DNA from: Candidatus Moanibacter sp.
Lineage (GTDB): Bacteria; Verrucomicrobiota; Verrucomicrobiia; Opitutales; UBA2987
Direction: 5' to 3'
NCBI GenBank assembly: GCA_965215885.1
Contig: CBDCEW010000105.1
Location: 96,001 to 160,000 of the forward strand
DNA length: 64,000 nucleotides
Shown: positions 50,119-59,503 of the stretch, piece by piece
Position numbering within the stretch: the first letter of the stretch is position 1
Layout: every line of letters starts with the position of its first letter
The notes under the pieces: model-generated
Databases searched by the model: none
What the model was told of the DNA's origin: nothing
What the model saw: the letters and a program-made list of their open reading frames with translations, nothing else
Made by a program: the position numbers and the translations under genes

Positions 50119-51947
50119 TGCTTTTGACTCCGAAGAGTATCGGCCCCCTTTATTTCTTCCTTCTGTGGGGAAGCGCGTGGGCGCTTGGGCAGGCGCCGGT
50201 CGTTACCAGCAACATCAGTCCCGCTACCGTTACTCTCGGGCAGACGGCAACCTACAAAGTATCAATCGAAGGCGATGACCAACCGAAACGATGGATCCAG
50301 CTCAAGGTAGATGGTCTCAAGATCGATTATCTGGCAACGAGCCAAAGTATGCACAGTTCGATAATCAATGGGAGAATCAAATCGGTCGCTACCAATACGT
50401 ATAATTTCCAAGCCCTCGCCAAAAAGACCGGAACTTTCATCATACCGACCTATCATCTTGAAATTGAGGGTCGAAGGGCGATCGTCCCTGCCGCAACCTT
50501 GACTGTCCTCCCGCCCGATGGAAAAAGGAACGTAACTCCGGAAGAAGCAGCATTCCTCGAATTGGAGCCCTATGAAGGGCCAATTTACGTGGGTCAGAGG
50601 GCACGTTATAAACTGAATCTCTTTGTTCACGCTTCCATCACCAATGTCTCCTTTATAGACCTCACTCAAAAAGGAGACGCCTTTTCGCAGAGTAAAGCTC
50701 CCAAGGCAGCGGATACCGCGGGGGCACGAAGAAACAATCTCAATTACCAGGTCTACTCCTTCCCCGTGATAGTAACTCCCCTCAAAGCAGGCACGCATGA
50801 TATTGAATACGAACTTCCAATCGAAGTTACATTTCCGCGCCAGCGGAGCCGTTCCCGTTCTTCCTCCTTTGACCGCTTCTTTAACGACGACTTTTTTGGT
50901 TTCGGTAATTTACGAGATCGGAGACAATTAAGGCCTTCTACAAAAAAGGTTCCCCTCGAAATCGCACCCCTTCCGGAGAAGGGAAAGCCTACTGGCTTTT
51001 CTGGTGCCATTGGACTCTTCTCAATCAAACAGAACCTCTCTTCAAAGGAGGTCAACGCGGGTGATCCCATCACCCTGACGGTCGAGATCTCCGGCGAAGG
51101 TAACTTTGATCGCATACAACCCCTCGACGTCGCGGTGGGCGACGACTGGAAGACATATTCCCCAAAATCGAATTTTGTGGCTCAAGATGAACAGAACTAT
51201 AGCGGAACCAAGACCTTTGAATACGTGCTTATTCCGGAATCGACCACCATTACTGCATCACCCACAGTAAATTTCAGCTTTTTCAACCCCGAAGACTCCG
51301 AATACGTCGAACTTACACCGAAGGCTATCGCCTTAAAGGTGAACCCGGCCCCACCAACTCAGACATTTGTTCCCCTCGTTGCAAACGGAGGTGGGCGCGG
51401 CGAACCCGGCTCTGCCTCTCGCCCGGTCCGCGAGAGAAGCATTCTCCCGATTAAGCTCCTCCCCGGTCGGTGGGTCCCAGCGATCCTGCCCGCATTTCGC
51501 AGTGTCGATTTCTATTACGCCCAGATGTTACCCTTTCTGCTCCTTACGGGAGTCTATCTCATACGCAAAAGGCAGCTTCGCCTCCGCGAAGACGTGGACT
51601 ACGCACGCCGTCGGAGGGCCGGAAAAGCGATGCGGAATTGGCTAAACAAGGCCAAAGCAGCCGCCACGGGCGAAGATGCCTCCTCCTTTTTCGCGTTCGC
51701 GCAGCGTGCCATTCAGGAGAGTTTGGGAAGGCATTTTCAGTCGGAAGCTGAGACCCTCACTCTGGTCGAGCTGCAGCAGTTTTTCTCCAGCGTAGAGGCG
51801 CCACCCGAACTCGTCGAAGAAGTAGAACAGTTTTTTCAAGAGGCCGACGCGATCCGATTCGCGGGAAGCAAGAGTAAAGAGAGAACGCTGCGCCAATGGA
51901 ATAAAACGCTCACCCAGCTCGTGGCGGCTCTTTCCGATCTAAAATGA
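50115..51947 (+). CDS. batD: BatD family protein
   Basis: Signal peptide, repeated Ig-like segments, FSGAIGLF, GEGNF, FSFFNP, C-terminal TM; operon position. Confidence 0.85.
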   Translation: MMLLTPKSIGPLYFFLLWGSAWALGQAPVVTSNISPATVTLGQTATYKVSIEGDDQPKRWIQLKVDGLKIDYLATSQSMHSSIINGRIKSVATNTYNFQALAKKTGTFIIPTYHLEIEGRRAIVPAATLTVLPPDGKRNVTPEEAAFLELEPYEGPIYVGQRARYKLNLFVHASITNVSFIDLTQKGDAFSQSKAPKAADTAGARRNNLNYQVYSFPVIVTPLKAGTHDIEYELPIEVTFPRQRSRSRSSSFDRFFNDDFFGFGNLRDRRQLRPSTKKVPLEIAPLPEKGKPTGFSGAIGLFSIKQNLSSKEVNAGDPITLTVEISGEGNFDRIQPLDVAVGDDWKTYSPKSNFVAQDEQNYSGTKTFEYVLIPESTTITASPTVNFSFFNPEDSEYVELTPKAIALKVNPAPPTQTFVPLVANGGGRGEPGSASRPVRERSILPIKLLPGRWVPAILPAFRSVDFYYAQMLPFLLLTGVYLIRKRQLRLREDVDYARRRRAGKAMRNWLNKAKAAATGEDASSFFAFAQRAIQESLGRHFQSEAETLTLVELQQFFSSVEAPPELVEEVEQFFQEADAIRFAGSKSKERTLRQWNKTLTQLVAALSDLK

Positions 51948-52247
51948 GATCGTGTAGAACTATGCGATTTGCGAAGATAAGCTATGGAAGTGAGTTAGGA
52001 ACAAACAGTTAGATCATAATTAAATCGGGGTCACAGAGGGCCACAGACTACTAACTTGAAAATGCTTGTTTCCTTAAGAAGATATTCCTTTGCCGCATTT
52101 AGAACCTGTTGATCTTCAAGGAATATCGTTCTGCTCCTCAGAAAAGAATGGTTCGCTTAGAAAACTTAGTTTTATGAACACGTTTTGGAGTATAAGCGGC
52201 TGGTATTCACAGTATTGCGGTCGAGACCATGGCGGTGGATACGAGAC

Positions 52248-52329
52248 CGAACATCGAACTTTGAACATCGAACTTCGAACACCGAAGGTCCCTACTTCGA
52301 TGTTGGACGTTCGATGTTGGACGTTGAAC
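52248..52329. repeat. Inverted array of heptamer repeats
   Basis: (GAACATC/GAACTTT)n followed by (TTCGATG/TTGGACG)n. Confidence 0.7.
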
Positions 52330-52524
52330 AAATCCGCGGCGTTCTCGAATCCGTGGGGCTTCCTCCGTCATTCGTGTCCATTCGCGTGTCCCGCTCAGCG
52401 GGATGGTTTTTCTCATCTCTTTGGTTGCAGCGCCGCTGCGCTAGGCTTCTCTGTGCCGCTCTGTGACCCCTTTTCTGTATCGGTCTTCCAGTTTCATTGC
52501 GGCCGAAGGCTGCGTTAGGACTCA

Positions 52525-53253
52525 ATGTTGAAGTCGCCATACCTCCTCTCGCTTCTCCTGACGTTTCCGTTCGCGCTGCCGGCCCAGTCCCCCGAAGTCT
52601 TCTTCGGTGAAGCGAACGAAGCCTACAGCAGGGGTGAGTACGAGAAGGCGATTGGACTCTACCAAAGAGCCTTGGAAGAGGCCGCATCGGCCGCCCTTCA
52701 TTACAATCTTGGGAACGCCTTCTATCGCACCGGTCAGAGTGGTCCAGCTATCCTGCATTTCGAAAAGGCCCTCGCACTCGATCCCACTAACCCGGAAGCC
52801 CTCGCCAACCTCTCCTTCGTTCGTGAGGCCGCGGAACTTCCCCTACCGGAATACGGCCCCCTCACCCGGTTTGCCAGCCTTCTACCGCTTAACACCTGGA
52901 TCTGGCTACTCGCCGGCAGTTTCTGGAGCGCCCTCGCGTTCACTATAATTCCCAAGCTCTACGGCGGTGGGGATTTCTTTACGCGTACACTGCTCACTGC
53001 CGCAATTCTCCTGATTCTCGCGGCATCCACCGCGCTTATAGATTACCATAAGAGAAGCAGAGCGAGCATTATATTAAACAATGATACGCCACTTCTGGTG
53101 GCTCCCAGCTCCCAGAGCCCGGAAGCCGGTTACCTCCGCGCGGGAGAACTCGCCACGATTGAAAAGCAACACGAGGATTACTACTTCCTTAATCTAGATA
53201 ACGGAAAAACCGGCTGGGTGCGCCACACCGAGATTGGTAGGATTTGGGAGTAG
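52525..53253 (+). CDS. batE: TPR + SH3-like protein BatE
   Basis: FGEANEAY, HYNLGNAFYR.G..G.AILHFEKAL, two TM, GKTGWV. Confidence 0.85.
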   Translation: MLKSPYLLSLLLTFPFALPAQSPEVFFGEANEAYSRGEYEKAIGLYQRALEEAASAALHYNLGNAFYRTGQSGPAILHFEKALALDPTNPEALANLSFVREAAELPLPEYGPLTRFASLLPLNTWIWLLAGSFWSALAFTIIPKLYGGGDFFTRTLLTAAILLILAASTALIDYHKRSRASIILNNDTPLLVAPSSQSPEAGYLRAGELATIEKQHEDYYFLNLDNGKTGWVRHTEIGRIWE

Positions 53254-53344
53254 CCCGCTTTTTGTGGCCGGCAAGCAGCAACGCTGGGGAAAACGCGTCT
53301 TGCCACAATACGGTCCCCGGGAATTTGTGAGAAAAGCGGGCTAG
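53251..53344. repeat. MITE-B (94 bp)
   Basis: Begins on the batE TAG; homologous to 6857-6950. Confidence 0.85.
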
Positions 53345-53522
53345 CCCGAACATTTCACACACTTCGCGGCGAGACAGCGTAGATCGCTGCGTATCAGGGC
53401 CTTTCCGCAGATCGGCGGGCGACAGTGTGTTGGAACCCTCTGAGGTCGCCGAGCAAGGGAAGGGGTTGAGACGCAGTGATATCCGTGGTCGTAGCAGAAG
53501 GTTTGTGAAATTTTCGGGCTAG
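53341..53522. repeat. MITE-A (182 bp, reverse orientation)
   Basis: Same TIRs; the terminal CTAG supplies the dnaX stop. Confidence 0.9.
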
Positions 53523-54949
53523 ACGAGTTCCTCCGGGTTGTAGCGTCGCACGCCGCGGAACTGAGCCCGGAGTTTCTCGTCCAGGATTTTGCGAGTTGAG
53601 TCGGGAAGTCGTGCGACCAGATCCTCAAGACGAGGCATCGATTCTTCATCGGCGCATTCTTCAGGCGGAACTGAGTCAACCTCCTTCCTCTTCGCCGCTT
53701 CTCCGCTATGATCAGGAATCGAAGAGGGGCCACCCGCTTCAGTGGTCACCGGTTTTTCCGCGGCGACAGGTGATTCCGCCTTTTCCTCTACCCCTACACG
53801 TACTTCACGCGTTTTTTCTTCCGGGGAAACCTTGGGCAGGCCCGAAGCGATACCCGATAGTTCCTTGATAAGCGAGTCGATTGCGCGTCTACGACTCGCT
53901 TCCACAGCCTTAAGAAGGGTAACCTCGAAATTCACTTTTTCGCTCAAACCCATCTTGACCGAATACTCGCCCGCCTGCAAAGTATCGAGCATACGCATAA
54001 GCGATTCAGTCGTGAGAGGGTGCCCCAACTTATCGGTCGTGCCGCTCTCTCTGATGGCAAGAAGCAAGGCTTGGCGTATGAAGCTCTGCAAATCAACCAA
54101 GACCCGGTATAGATCCCGACCTTCGAGGGCCAACTCCTCTATGAGCGTGATGAGGACTCGATACTGCGCCGTAGCCAACGCTTTGGCGATCGCTTCGATG
54201 CGGTCCGGCGAGGCCAACCCATAAACGTCCAGCACATCTTTTTCCGTAATCGAGTCGCCGCAAAAAGAGATCATCTGATCGAGGATAGACTGCGCGTCAC
54301 GCATTCCTCCATTGGCCAGGCGGGCAATGGAATAGACCGCATTCCTTTCCACTTTGATATTTTCAGTTTCTGCAATCTCGACGAGTCTCTTTGCAATCAC
54401 ATCATCGGGAATGGGCCGAAACTCAAATCGCTGACAGCGCGAAACGATAGTTGGCAAGACCTTATGAGACTCCGTTGTGGCAAAAATAAACTTAACATGT
54501 GAAGGCGGTTCCTCAAGCGTCTTCAGGAGGGCGTTGAACGCCTGGTTCGACAACATGTGGACCTCGTCGATGATGTAGATTTTGAAGCGACACTGGGCCG
54601 GCGCATATTGGCAGTCCTCGCGAAGGTCTCTCACCTGGTCTACTGAATTGTTTGAGGCGCCGTCGATTTCAATCACGTCCATACAGTTACCGTTCATTAT
54701 CGATTCGCATAGGGGCGAATCGTTAGGAGGACTGATGGTGGGACCCTCTTCGCAATTGAGCGCTTTCGCGAAGACGCGTGCACAACTCGTTTTGCCCGTG
54801 CCACGGGGACCTACGAAGAGATAAGCGTGACCGATTCGCTGACGGCTGATGGCATTTTTTAGAGTACGGACGATATGATCCTGACCAACCAGCTCATCGA
54901 ACTGCCGCGGACGCCAGCGACGGGCGATGACTTGGTATGCAAGATCCAT
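53519..54949 (-). CDS. dnaX: DNA polymerase III subunit gamma/tau
   Basis: [55 protein letters not shown]. Confidence 0.96.
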   Translation of the reverse strand: MDLAYQVIARRWRPRQFDELVGQDHIVRTLKNAISRQRIGHAYLFVGPRGTGKTSCARVFAKALNCEEGPTISPPNDSPLCESIMNGNCMDVIEIDGASNNSVDQVRDLREDCQYAPAQCRFKIYIIDEVHMLSNQAFNALLKTLEEPPSHVKFIFATTESHKVLPTIVSRCQRFEFRPIPDDVIAKRLVEIAETENIKVERNAVYSIARLANGGMRDAQSILDQMISFCGDSITEKDVLDVYGLASPDRIEAIAKALATAQYRVLITLIEELALEGRDLYRVLVDLQSFIRQALLLAIRESGTTDKLGHPLTTESLMRMLDTLQAGEYSVKMGLSEKVNFEVTLLKAVEASRRRAIDSLIKELSGIASGLPKVSPEEKTREVRVGVEEKAESPVAAEKPVTTEAGGPSSIPDHSGEAAKRKEVDSVPPEECADEESMPRLEDLVARLPDSTRKILDEKLRAQFRGVRRYNPEELV

Positions 54950-54962
54950 GGATGGAAAAATA

Positions 54963-55060
54963 CGGCCAGGCACCCTACGGCACACGGAGATCCTGGCTAC
55001 CGTTGCTCCCTTCCGGGCCTGGCGGAGTTCACCGGTCGTCCGTTGCATAGGACCCGGCCG
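54963..55060 (-). ncRNA. ffs: Signal recognition particle RNA (4.5S)
   Basis: GCCAGGCCCGGAAGGGAGCAAC domain IV motif, terminal stem CGGCCGGG/CCTGGCCG, classical position upstream of dnaX. Confidence 0.92.
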
Positions 55061-55093
55061 CAATTATGATGCCAGCGACAAAAAGTACCTGAA

Positions 55094-56644
55094 TCAATCA
55101 CTAATTTCAGGCGCCAGTGCCAGGCGAAAGCCCAATGAATTCCCTTTGGAGGTCAATCGCACGCGTTGGCGCGACGCGGACCGCGCCTGGTGCGCGAAAT
55201 CCTCCCACCCACCGCCACGGTTAACCCGATCGCTGCTCTGCCGATTCTCCACCCAATCCGTCTCCCTCCCCCCCGGTAAACGCGAGTTGAAATTATCCAG
55301 ACAAATCTCGCGCACGTTTCCATGCATATCGTAAAATCCGAAATCATTCTCTTCGTAGCTACCCACACTCGTGGTGCCGTAGATCTTCTTCCCTTCAGGG
55401 AGCGATTCGCTGTATTCGCGCGGATATCCCCCTTTGAAGTTACCCATTGAGGGAGCCGATTTTTCGCCGAATTGGAAAGGAGTCGACGTTCCTGCACGGC
55501 AGGAATACTCCCACTCAGCTTGTGTGGGCAGGCGATATTCATAGCCCTCCGGCAAGCGACCCGCCTTTCGCTCCTGCACAGTAATCTTTCCACAGAATTC
55601 GACGGCGTCTTTCCAGGATACACGTTCTACCGGGTGTCGGAGGCCCTTAAACTCGCTCGGGTTTGTATTCATAACCGCGCGATACTCCTGTTGAGTCACC
55701 TCATACTTTCCCAGCCAGAAACCTTTCGTTAACACCACGGTTGTCTGCGGACCTTCTACCGGCAATCGCGCCTGCTCCGTAGGAGGACTTCCCATTCGGA
55801 ATTCGCCTGGGTTAACCCATAGCATGTCAGTGCCTACATACGGCACAAACCACTGCTTGCTTTTTTCGGGACCCGGAATCGGGACAAGCTTCACTTCGAG
55901 GTTCCGCCGCTCATTCGGACCAAATTTCATGTTGCGTTTCGCAGTCAAATGGTCGCGCACTCGAATTTCGAGTTCATGGTTCACCCCGGAAACAAGCGAA
56001 TATTCGTCATTCTCACCTTCTACAACACGTCCATCTGCCACCACCTTATAGGGCAACGACACATTGAGTTTTACGGTGAGCTTGCCGGGTCGCGGTTTCA
56101 GATCAACTTCAACGGTTGTTTTGCGTTGATCGACAACTCGCACACGATCCCGCCAGATTTCGTAATCGGGGTGCTCTATCTCGAGATCCTGTGTTCCTGC
56201 AAGAACCTTGGGAATAAATCCAACGACTCCATAAACTGTTTGCCCGGCAATTCGAGTAGTGATTCTCGCCTTTTCCGCATCATTGATCGCTTCACCGTTG
56301 AGCTCCACCTGAGTGTCAACGGCGCCCATTTTTCTGACGAGATCGCCGAAATCGAGAACATCGTCGAATCCCGGAGGCAATGTGATGACGCGAGCTTTTG
56401 TGCGGTATTCCTCCAGCGACACGGAAAACTTCATTTCCGCCCCCACTGTTAGTTCCTCCAGAGACAGCGGAGTGATTCCGGCATCACGACCATCTACTGA
56501 GACTCGCGCTCCTTCCGGTTGAGTGACTATTCTCATCTTTCCCGGAATCGGATTCAGCTCAATTTCCTGCTTTACCAGTTGATCTGTGGGAAGAACCAAT
56601 TCGGCCACCTCCGCCGGTTCATAATTCTCCCGAATAACCTCCAT
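55094..56644 (-). CDS. PEGA repeats + FGE-sulfatase (SUMF1) domain; C-terminal part of a frameshifted gene
   Basis: TQPEGARVSVDG..GITPL; PGEFRMGS, YEVTQ, YRLPTQAEWEY, YDMHGNV.E, RGGGW, GFRLAL. Confidence 0.88.
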   Translation of the reverse strand: MEVIRENYEPAEVAELVLPTDQLVKQEIELNPIPGKMRIVTQPEGARVSVDGRDAGITPLSLEELTVGAEMKFSVSLEEYRTKARVITLPPGFDDVLDFGDLVRKMGAVDTQVELNGEAINDAEKARITTRIAGQTVYGVVGFIPKVLAGTQDLEIEHPDYEIWRDRVRVVDQRKTTVEVDLKPRPGKLTVKLNVSLPYKVVADGRVVEGENDEYSLVSGVNHELEIRVRDHLTAKRNMKFGPNERRNLEVKLVPIPGPEKSKQWFVPYVGTDMLWVNPGEFRMGSPPTEQARLPVEGPQTTVVLTKGFWLGKYEVTQQEYRAVMNTNPSEFKGLRHPVERVSWKDAVEFCGKITVQERKAGRLPEGYEYRLPTQAEWEYSCRAGTSTPFQFGEKSAPSMGNFKGGYPREYSESLPEGKKIYGTTSVGSYEENDFGFYDMHGNVREICLDNFNSRLPGGRETDWVENRQSSDRVNRGGGWEDFAHQARSASRQRVRLTSKGNSLGFRLALAPEISD

Positions 56645-58275
56645 CCGGTAAGTACCGCTGATATTGTCTCCTCGACCCGCAAGAGTCCATCCTCAGGGAC
56701 CGGGCCAAGGTCAATTCCAGCTTCCTTACCCCGCGTCATCACTATGCGCGCACCGGGCACCGTCTTCACTTCAAACAGTGCCCAGGATGGCTTCAAAGCA
56801 AGGGCGACGCGCAATAGTTCGTTTTCCACTTTTATGCTGATAGTGCGCGGGAGGTGATTTTTTGCCGACACCTTGACTTCGAATTCCATACGCGGCATTA
56901 CCACCTTTAACTTCCCGTCCTGCACAACAAAACTGGATTCTCCACGCCCGAAAAAGACGACTCTCGCCTGTGCCGGCTTAAGAGTCATATCCACCATCGG
57001 TTCCTGGCCCACTTTGACACGTTTCACTATGGGCCCTTGAGCCACTTCCGCTTCGGAGAATATTATGGTATAAAAGACGCTGGCCAAGCCGATGACTATG
57101 GCGGCGAACAGCCCTATGATCCCCAATCGAAAGTACTTGAGCTTCTCGGGATCGAGCCTCCTCGAAATCTCCTTCGGAACCGGGATCCTTTCAATCTGCG
57201 CCGCAATTCCCGCTTCATCGCTCGGCGCTTTGACGGCGATCTTATCGACCCTGCCGACATCATTTTGAAAGGCGTTTAGATTTGCGTAGCGATCGCCGGG
57301 AGCATCTTCCAGACACCTTCCCAGGACTTCATCCCAGCCGGGTTGAATAGCTGCTGAATATTGCGAAGGAGGAATCTTATCCACCGTGGGCTTATGCCCG
57401 GTTAAAAGAAAGTAGCCGCTCACACCAAGTGAATGAATATCCGAGCGCAAGTCCGGTTCCCCACCCTCCCGAACCTCGGGACTCAAAGTGTCGCCGGTGT
57501 TAATAATGACCTTTCGGGGTCCCATCGTGATGGGCGGAATCTCAGAGGCGAGGATATCGGAAAGCAATTCCGGGCCAACGATTTCGAGTATTCCAAGACC
57601 TACGATCTTGATTGTCCCATCTTCCTGCCGAATCAGTTTCGTAGGATCAAGATTGTGATGAAAGATCTTGGTACTGTGCGACGCCTTGATGCCTTCGATT
57701 GTTTGCCTGAGGATTTCCTGAACCTCACTGGGCGGTAACCCGAATGCCTGATCGGGCAAAAAGTCGACCACCTGGCCTCTCGCTGCGCCTCCCGCCGCAT
57801 TAGGATCAAGTGCCCCGGCTGCCCGTAGCTTTTTCTGGATTATCTCCTCCATGTACTCCTGCAGGTTGATCCCTTCAATCGGCTCCATTAGAAGGCAGGG
57901 CTGATCTTTTATCTCTTCATACCCGGTAACTGTCGCAATATTGGGATGAGTGAGATGGGTAAGTAAAGTGGCATTGCTCTCATATCGTTCTTGGAATCCC
58001 TCCCTCTCTTTTGCCACGATTGGCAACACGGCTACCGTTGCCTCGTGAAATTTTATGATATGCTGCATTCGATAAATGCCCCCCAGCATACCGAAGCTCA
58101 AACAGCTGAGCACTTGGTAATCGCCGAACTTCTCACCCGGCGTAAGGTACTCACTTTCTGCTATCAACGGCGCTCCTGTGCTTCCACCCTCCGAGTGAGC
58201 ACCAACCGAGCCTTCACTTCCTTCCGCGGAAACGCCTTCCGGATTTTCTTTGTTATCTTGCGATTCAGATCCCAT
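56572..58275 (-). CDS. Ser/Thr kinase-like (pseudokinase) + TM; N-terminal part, frameshift near 56660
   Basis: HPNIA, LMEPIEG, SPE, SDIHSLG, RCL..P.DRY are present; catalytic motifs are degenerate. Confidence 0.8.
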   Translation of the reverse strand: MGSESQDNKENPEGVSAEGSEGSVGAHSEGGSTGAPLIAESEYLTPGEKFGDYQVLSCLSFGMLGGIYRMQHIIKFHEATVAVLPIVAKEREGFQERYESNATLLTHLTHPNIATVTGYEEIKDQPCLLMEPIEGINLQEYMEEIIQKKLRAAGALDPNAAGGAARGQVVDFLPDQAFGLPPSEVQEILRQTIEGIKASHSTKIFHHNLDPTKLIRQEDGTIKIVGLGILEIVGPELLSDILASEIPPITMGPRKVIINTGDTLSPEVREGGEPDLRSDIHSLGVSGYFLLTGHKPTVDKIPPSQYSAAIQPGWDEVLGRCLEDAPGDRYANLNAFQNDVGRVDKIAVKAPSDEAGIAAQIERIPVPKEISRRLDPEKLKYFRLGIIGLFAAIVIGLASVFYTIIFSEAEVAQGPIVKRVKVGQEPMVDMTLKPAQARVVFFGRGESSFVVQDGKLKVVMPRMEFEVKVSAKNHLPRTISIKVENELLRVALALKPSWALFEVKTVPGARIVMTRGKEAGIDLGPVPEDGLLRVEETISAVLTGWRLFGRIMNRRRWPNWFFPQINW

Positions 58276-58407
58276 TGCGCTGGCAGTTGTAGCAGTTCTC
58301 AAATGCCGTGTCGTTCACCCTTGAGAAATCCCAACCCGAAGAGCGACTTCCTGAATGAAAGTCCAAGCATTATTATTGAAACGGCGTTCAGTGTGCTTCG
58401 AACAATA

Positions 58408-58467
58408 GACCTTTAATAGCAAAGCATTAAGTGGACTGACCTTTAATAGCAAAGCATTAAGTGGACT
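58408..58467. repeat. 30-bp perfect tandem duplication
   Basis: GACCTTTAATAGCAAAGCATTAAGTGGACT x2. Confidence 0.95.
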
Positions 58468-58550
58468 GGCAAGTTTTCAAAATAGAAAATAAGTGATTAC
58501 TTGAAATTGGCCTGGCCGAGGGCCTGCCGGACCTCAAGTCCAACAGATTC

Positions 58551-59099
58551 CTAAAACTGGCCCGCGATGGCATCAATCACGTAATCGATGCTGCTCAGTT
58601 TGCCTTTTCCCTCATAGCCGCATGCGAGAAGACCCTCGTCCGTCTCTAGTATTACGTGCCCTCTATCTTTCAAAATCCTGAGATTTTGCCGCGTCGCCGG
58701 ATGATCGAGCATCTTTCCGTTCATGGCAGGCGCAATCATGACAGGTGCATGCGTTGCAAGGTAGATTGATGTCAAAAGATCAGGCGCAAGACCATGGGCA
58801 AAGCAGGCAATGATGTTTGCTGTAGCGGGCGCTACGACCAGGAGATCGGCGCGATCCGCAAGGTCAATATGGCCGGGTCGCCAACCCACTCCTTCCTCCC
58901 AAAGATCGACACCTACAGGATTGCGGCTCAAGGTCTGAAGCGTCATCGGCGTAATGAATTCAGTCGCTTCACGAGTCATTACGACATTTACTTCAGCTTC
59001 CATTTTTACCAGCCCGCTGGTAAGATCGGCAGCTTTATAAGCTGCGATCGATCCCGTAACACCGATCACGATCGTCTTACCTGCTAATTTCTCCGACAT
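58551..59099 (-). CDS. coaC: Phosphopantothenoylcysteine decarboxylase (stand-alone HFCD flavoprotein)
   Basis: GVTGSIAAYK, HIDLA, APATAN, APAMN, LACG..G.G; no CoaB domain. Confidence 0.9.
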   Translation of the reverse strand: MSEKLAGKTIVIGVTGSIAAYKAADLTSGLVKMEAEVNVVMTREATEFITPMTLQTLSRNPVGVDLWEEGVGWRPGHIDLADRADLLVVAPATANIIACFAHGLAPDLLTSIYLATHAPVMIAPAMNGKMLDHPATRQNLRILKDRGHVILETDEGLLACGYEGKGKLSSIDYVIDAIAGQF

Positions 59100-59286
59100 G
59101 GCTTGTTTTCTTAGGAAGGAACCTATCTATCTCAAATAGTAGCCCGTTGACGATCAAGAAATATGGTTCTGTTCCTCAGTTGGGAGTGTTTCGATTGGGG
59201 ATTTTCAATAAACCCTCTTCCCAGAGATTGCTTCTCCGGCTTGACAAGCAGTTCGAGAGGAACTTAAATACAATGAAAACACTATA

Positions 59287-59346
59287 ATGAGCAGCCTCCG
59301 GCCATTTCATTCAGCGCTTAGCGCTCTGCTGCGACTTCTCCCCTGA
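59287..59346 (+). CDS. Putative leucine-rich leader peptide of leuA
   Basis: MSSLRPFHSALSALLRLLP-stop (6 of 19 residues Leu); downstream GCCGGA...TCCGGC stem and T-rich tract; TTGACA at 59241. Confidence 0.65.
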   Translation: MSSLRPFHSALSALLRLLP

Positions 59347-59503
59347 GGGGGAGGAATTTATATTGTACATATTATTGTGTTGTTGGCCGGATTCCTATGC
59401 GTCGTTTCAGGACGCACCTGCCCGCGAAAATCACTCCGGCTTCTCGTTGGTTTTATTTAATATTCGTTTAAACAAAGTCGTTAACTATCTTACCTGAAGA
59501 AAA

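Noticed and set aside
54950..55063. N-terminal extension of DnaX
   Set aside because: It overlaps the SRP RNA; DnaX homology begins at ATG 54949.
58408..58467. Possible CRISPR repeats (30-bp direct repeat; also 28 bp at 42335)
   Set aside because: The units are directly adjacent with no spacers, there are only two copies, and no cas genes are present.
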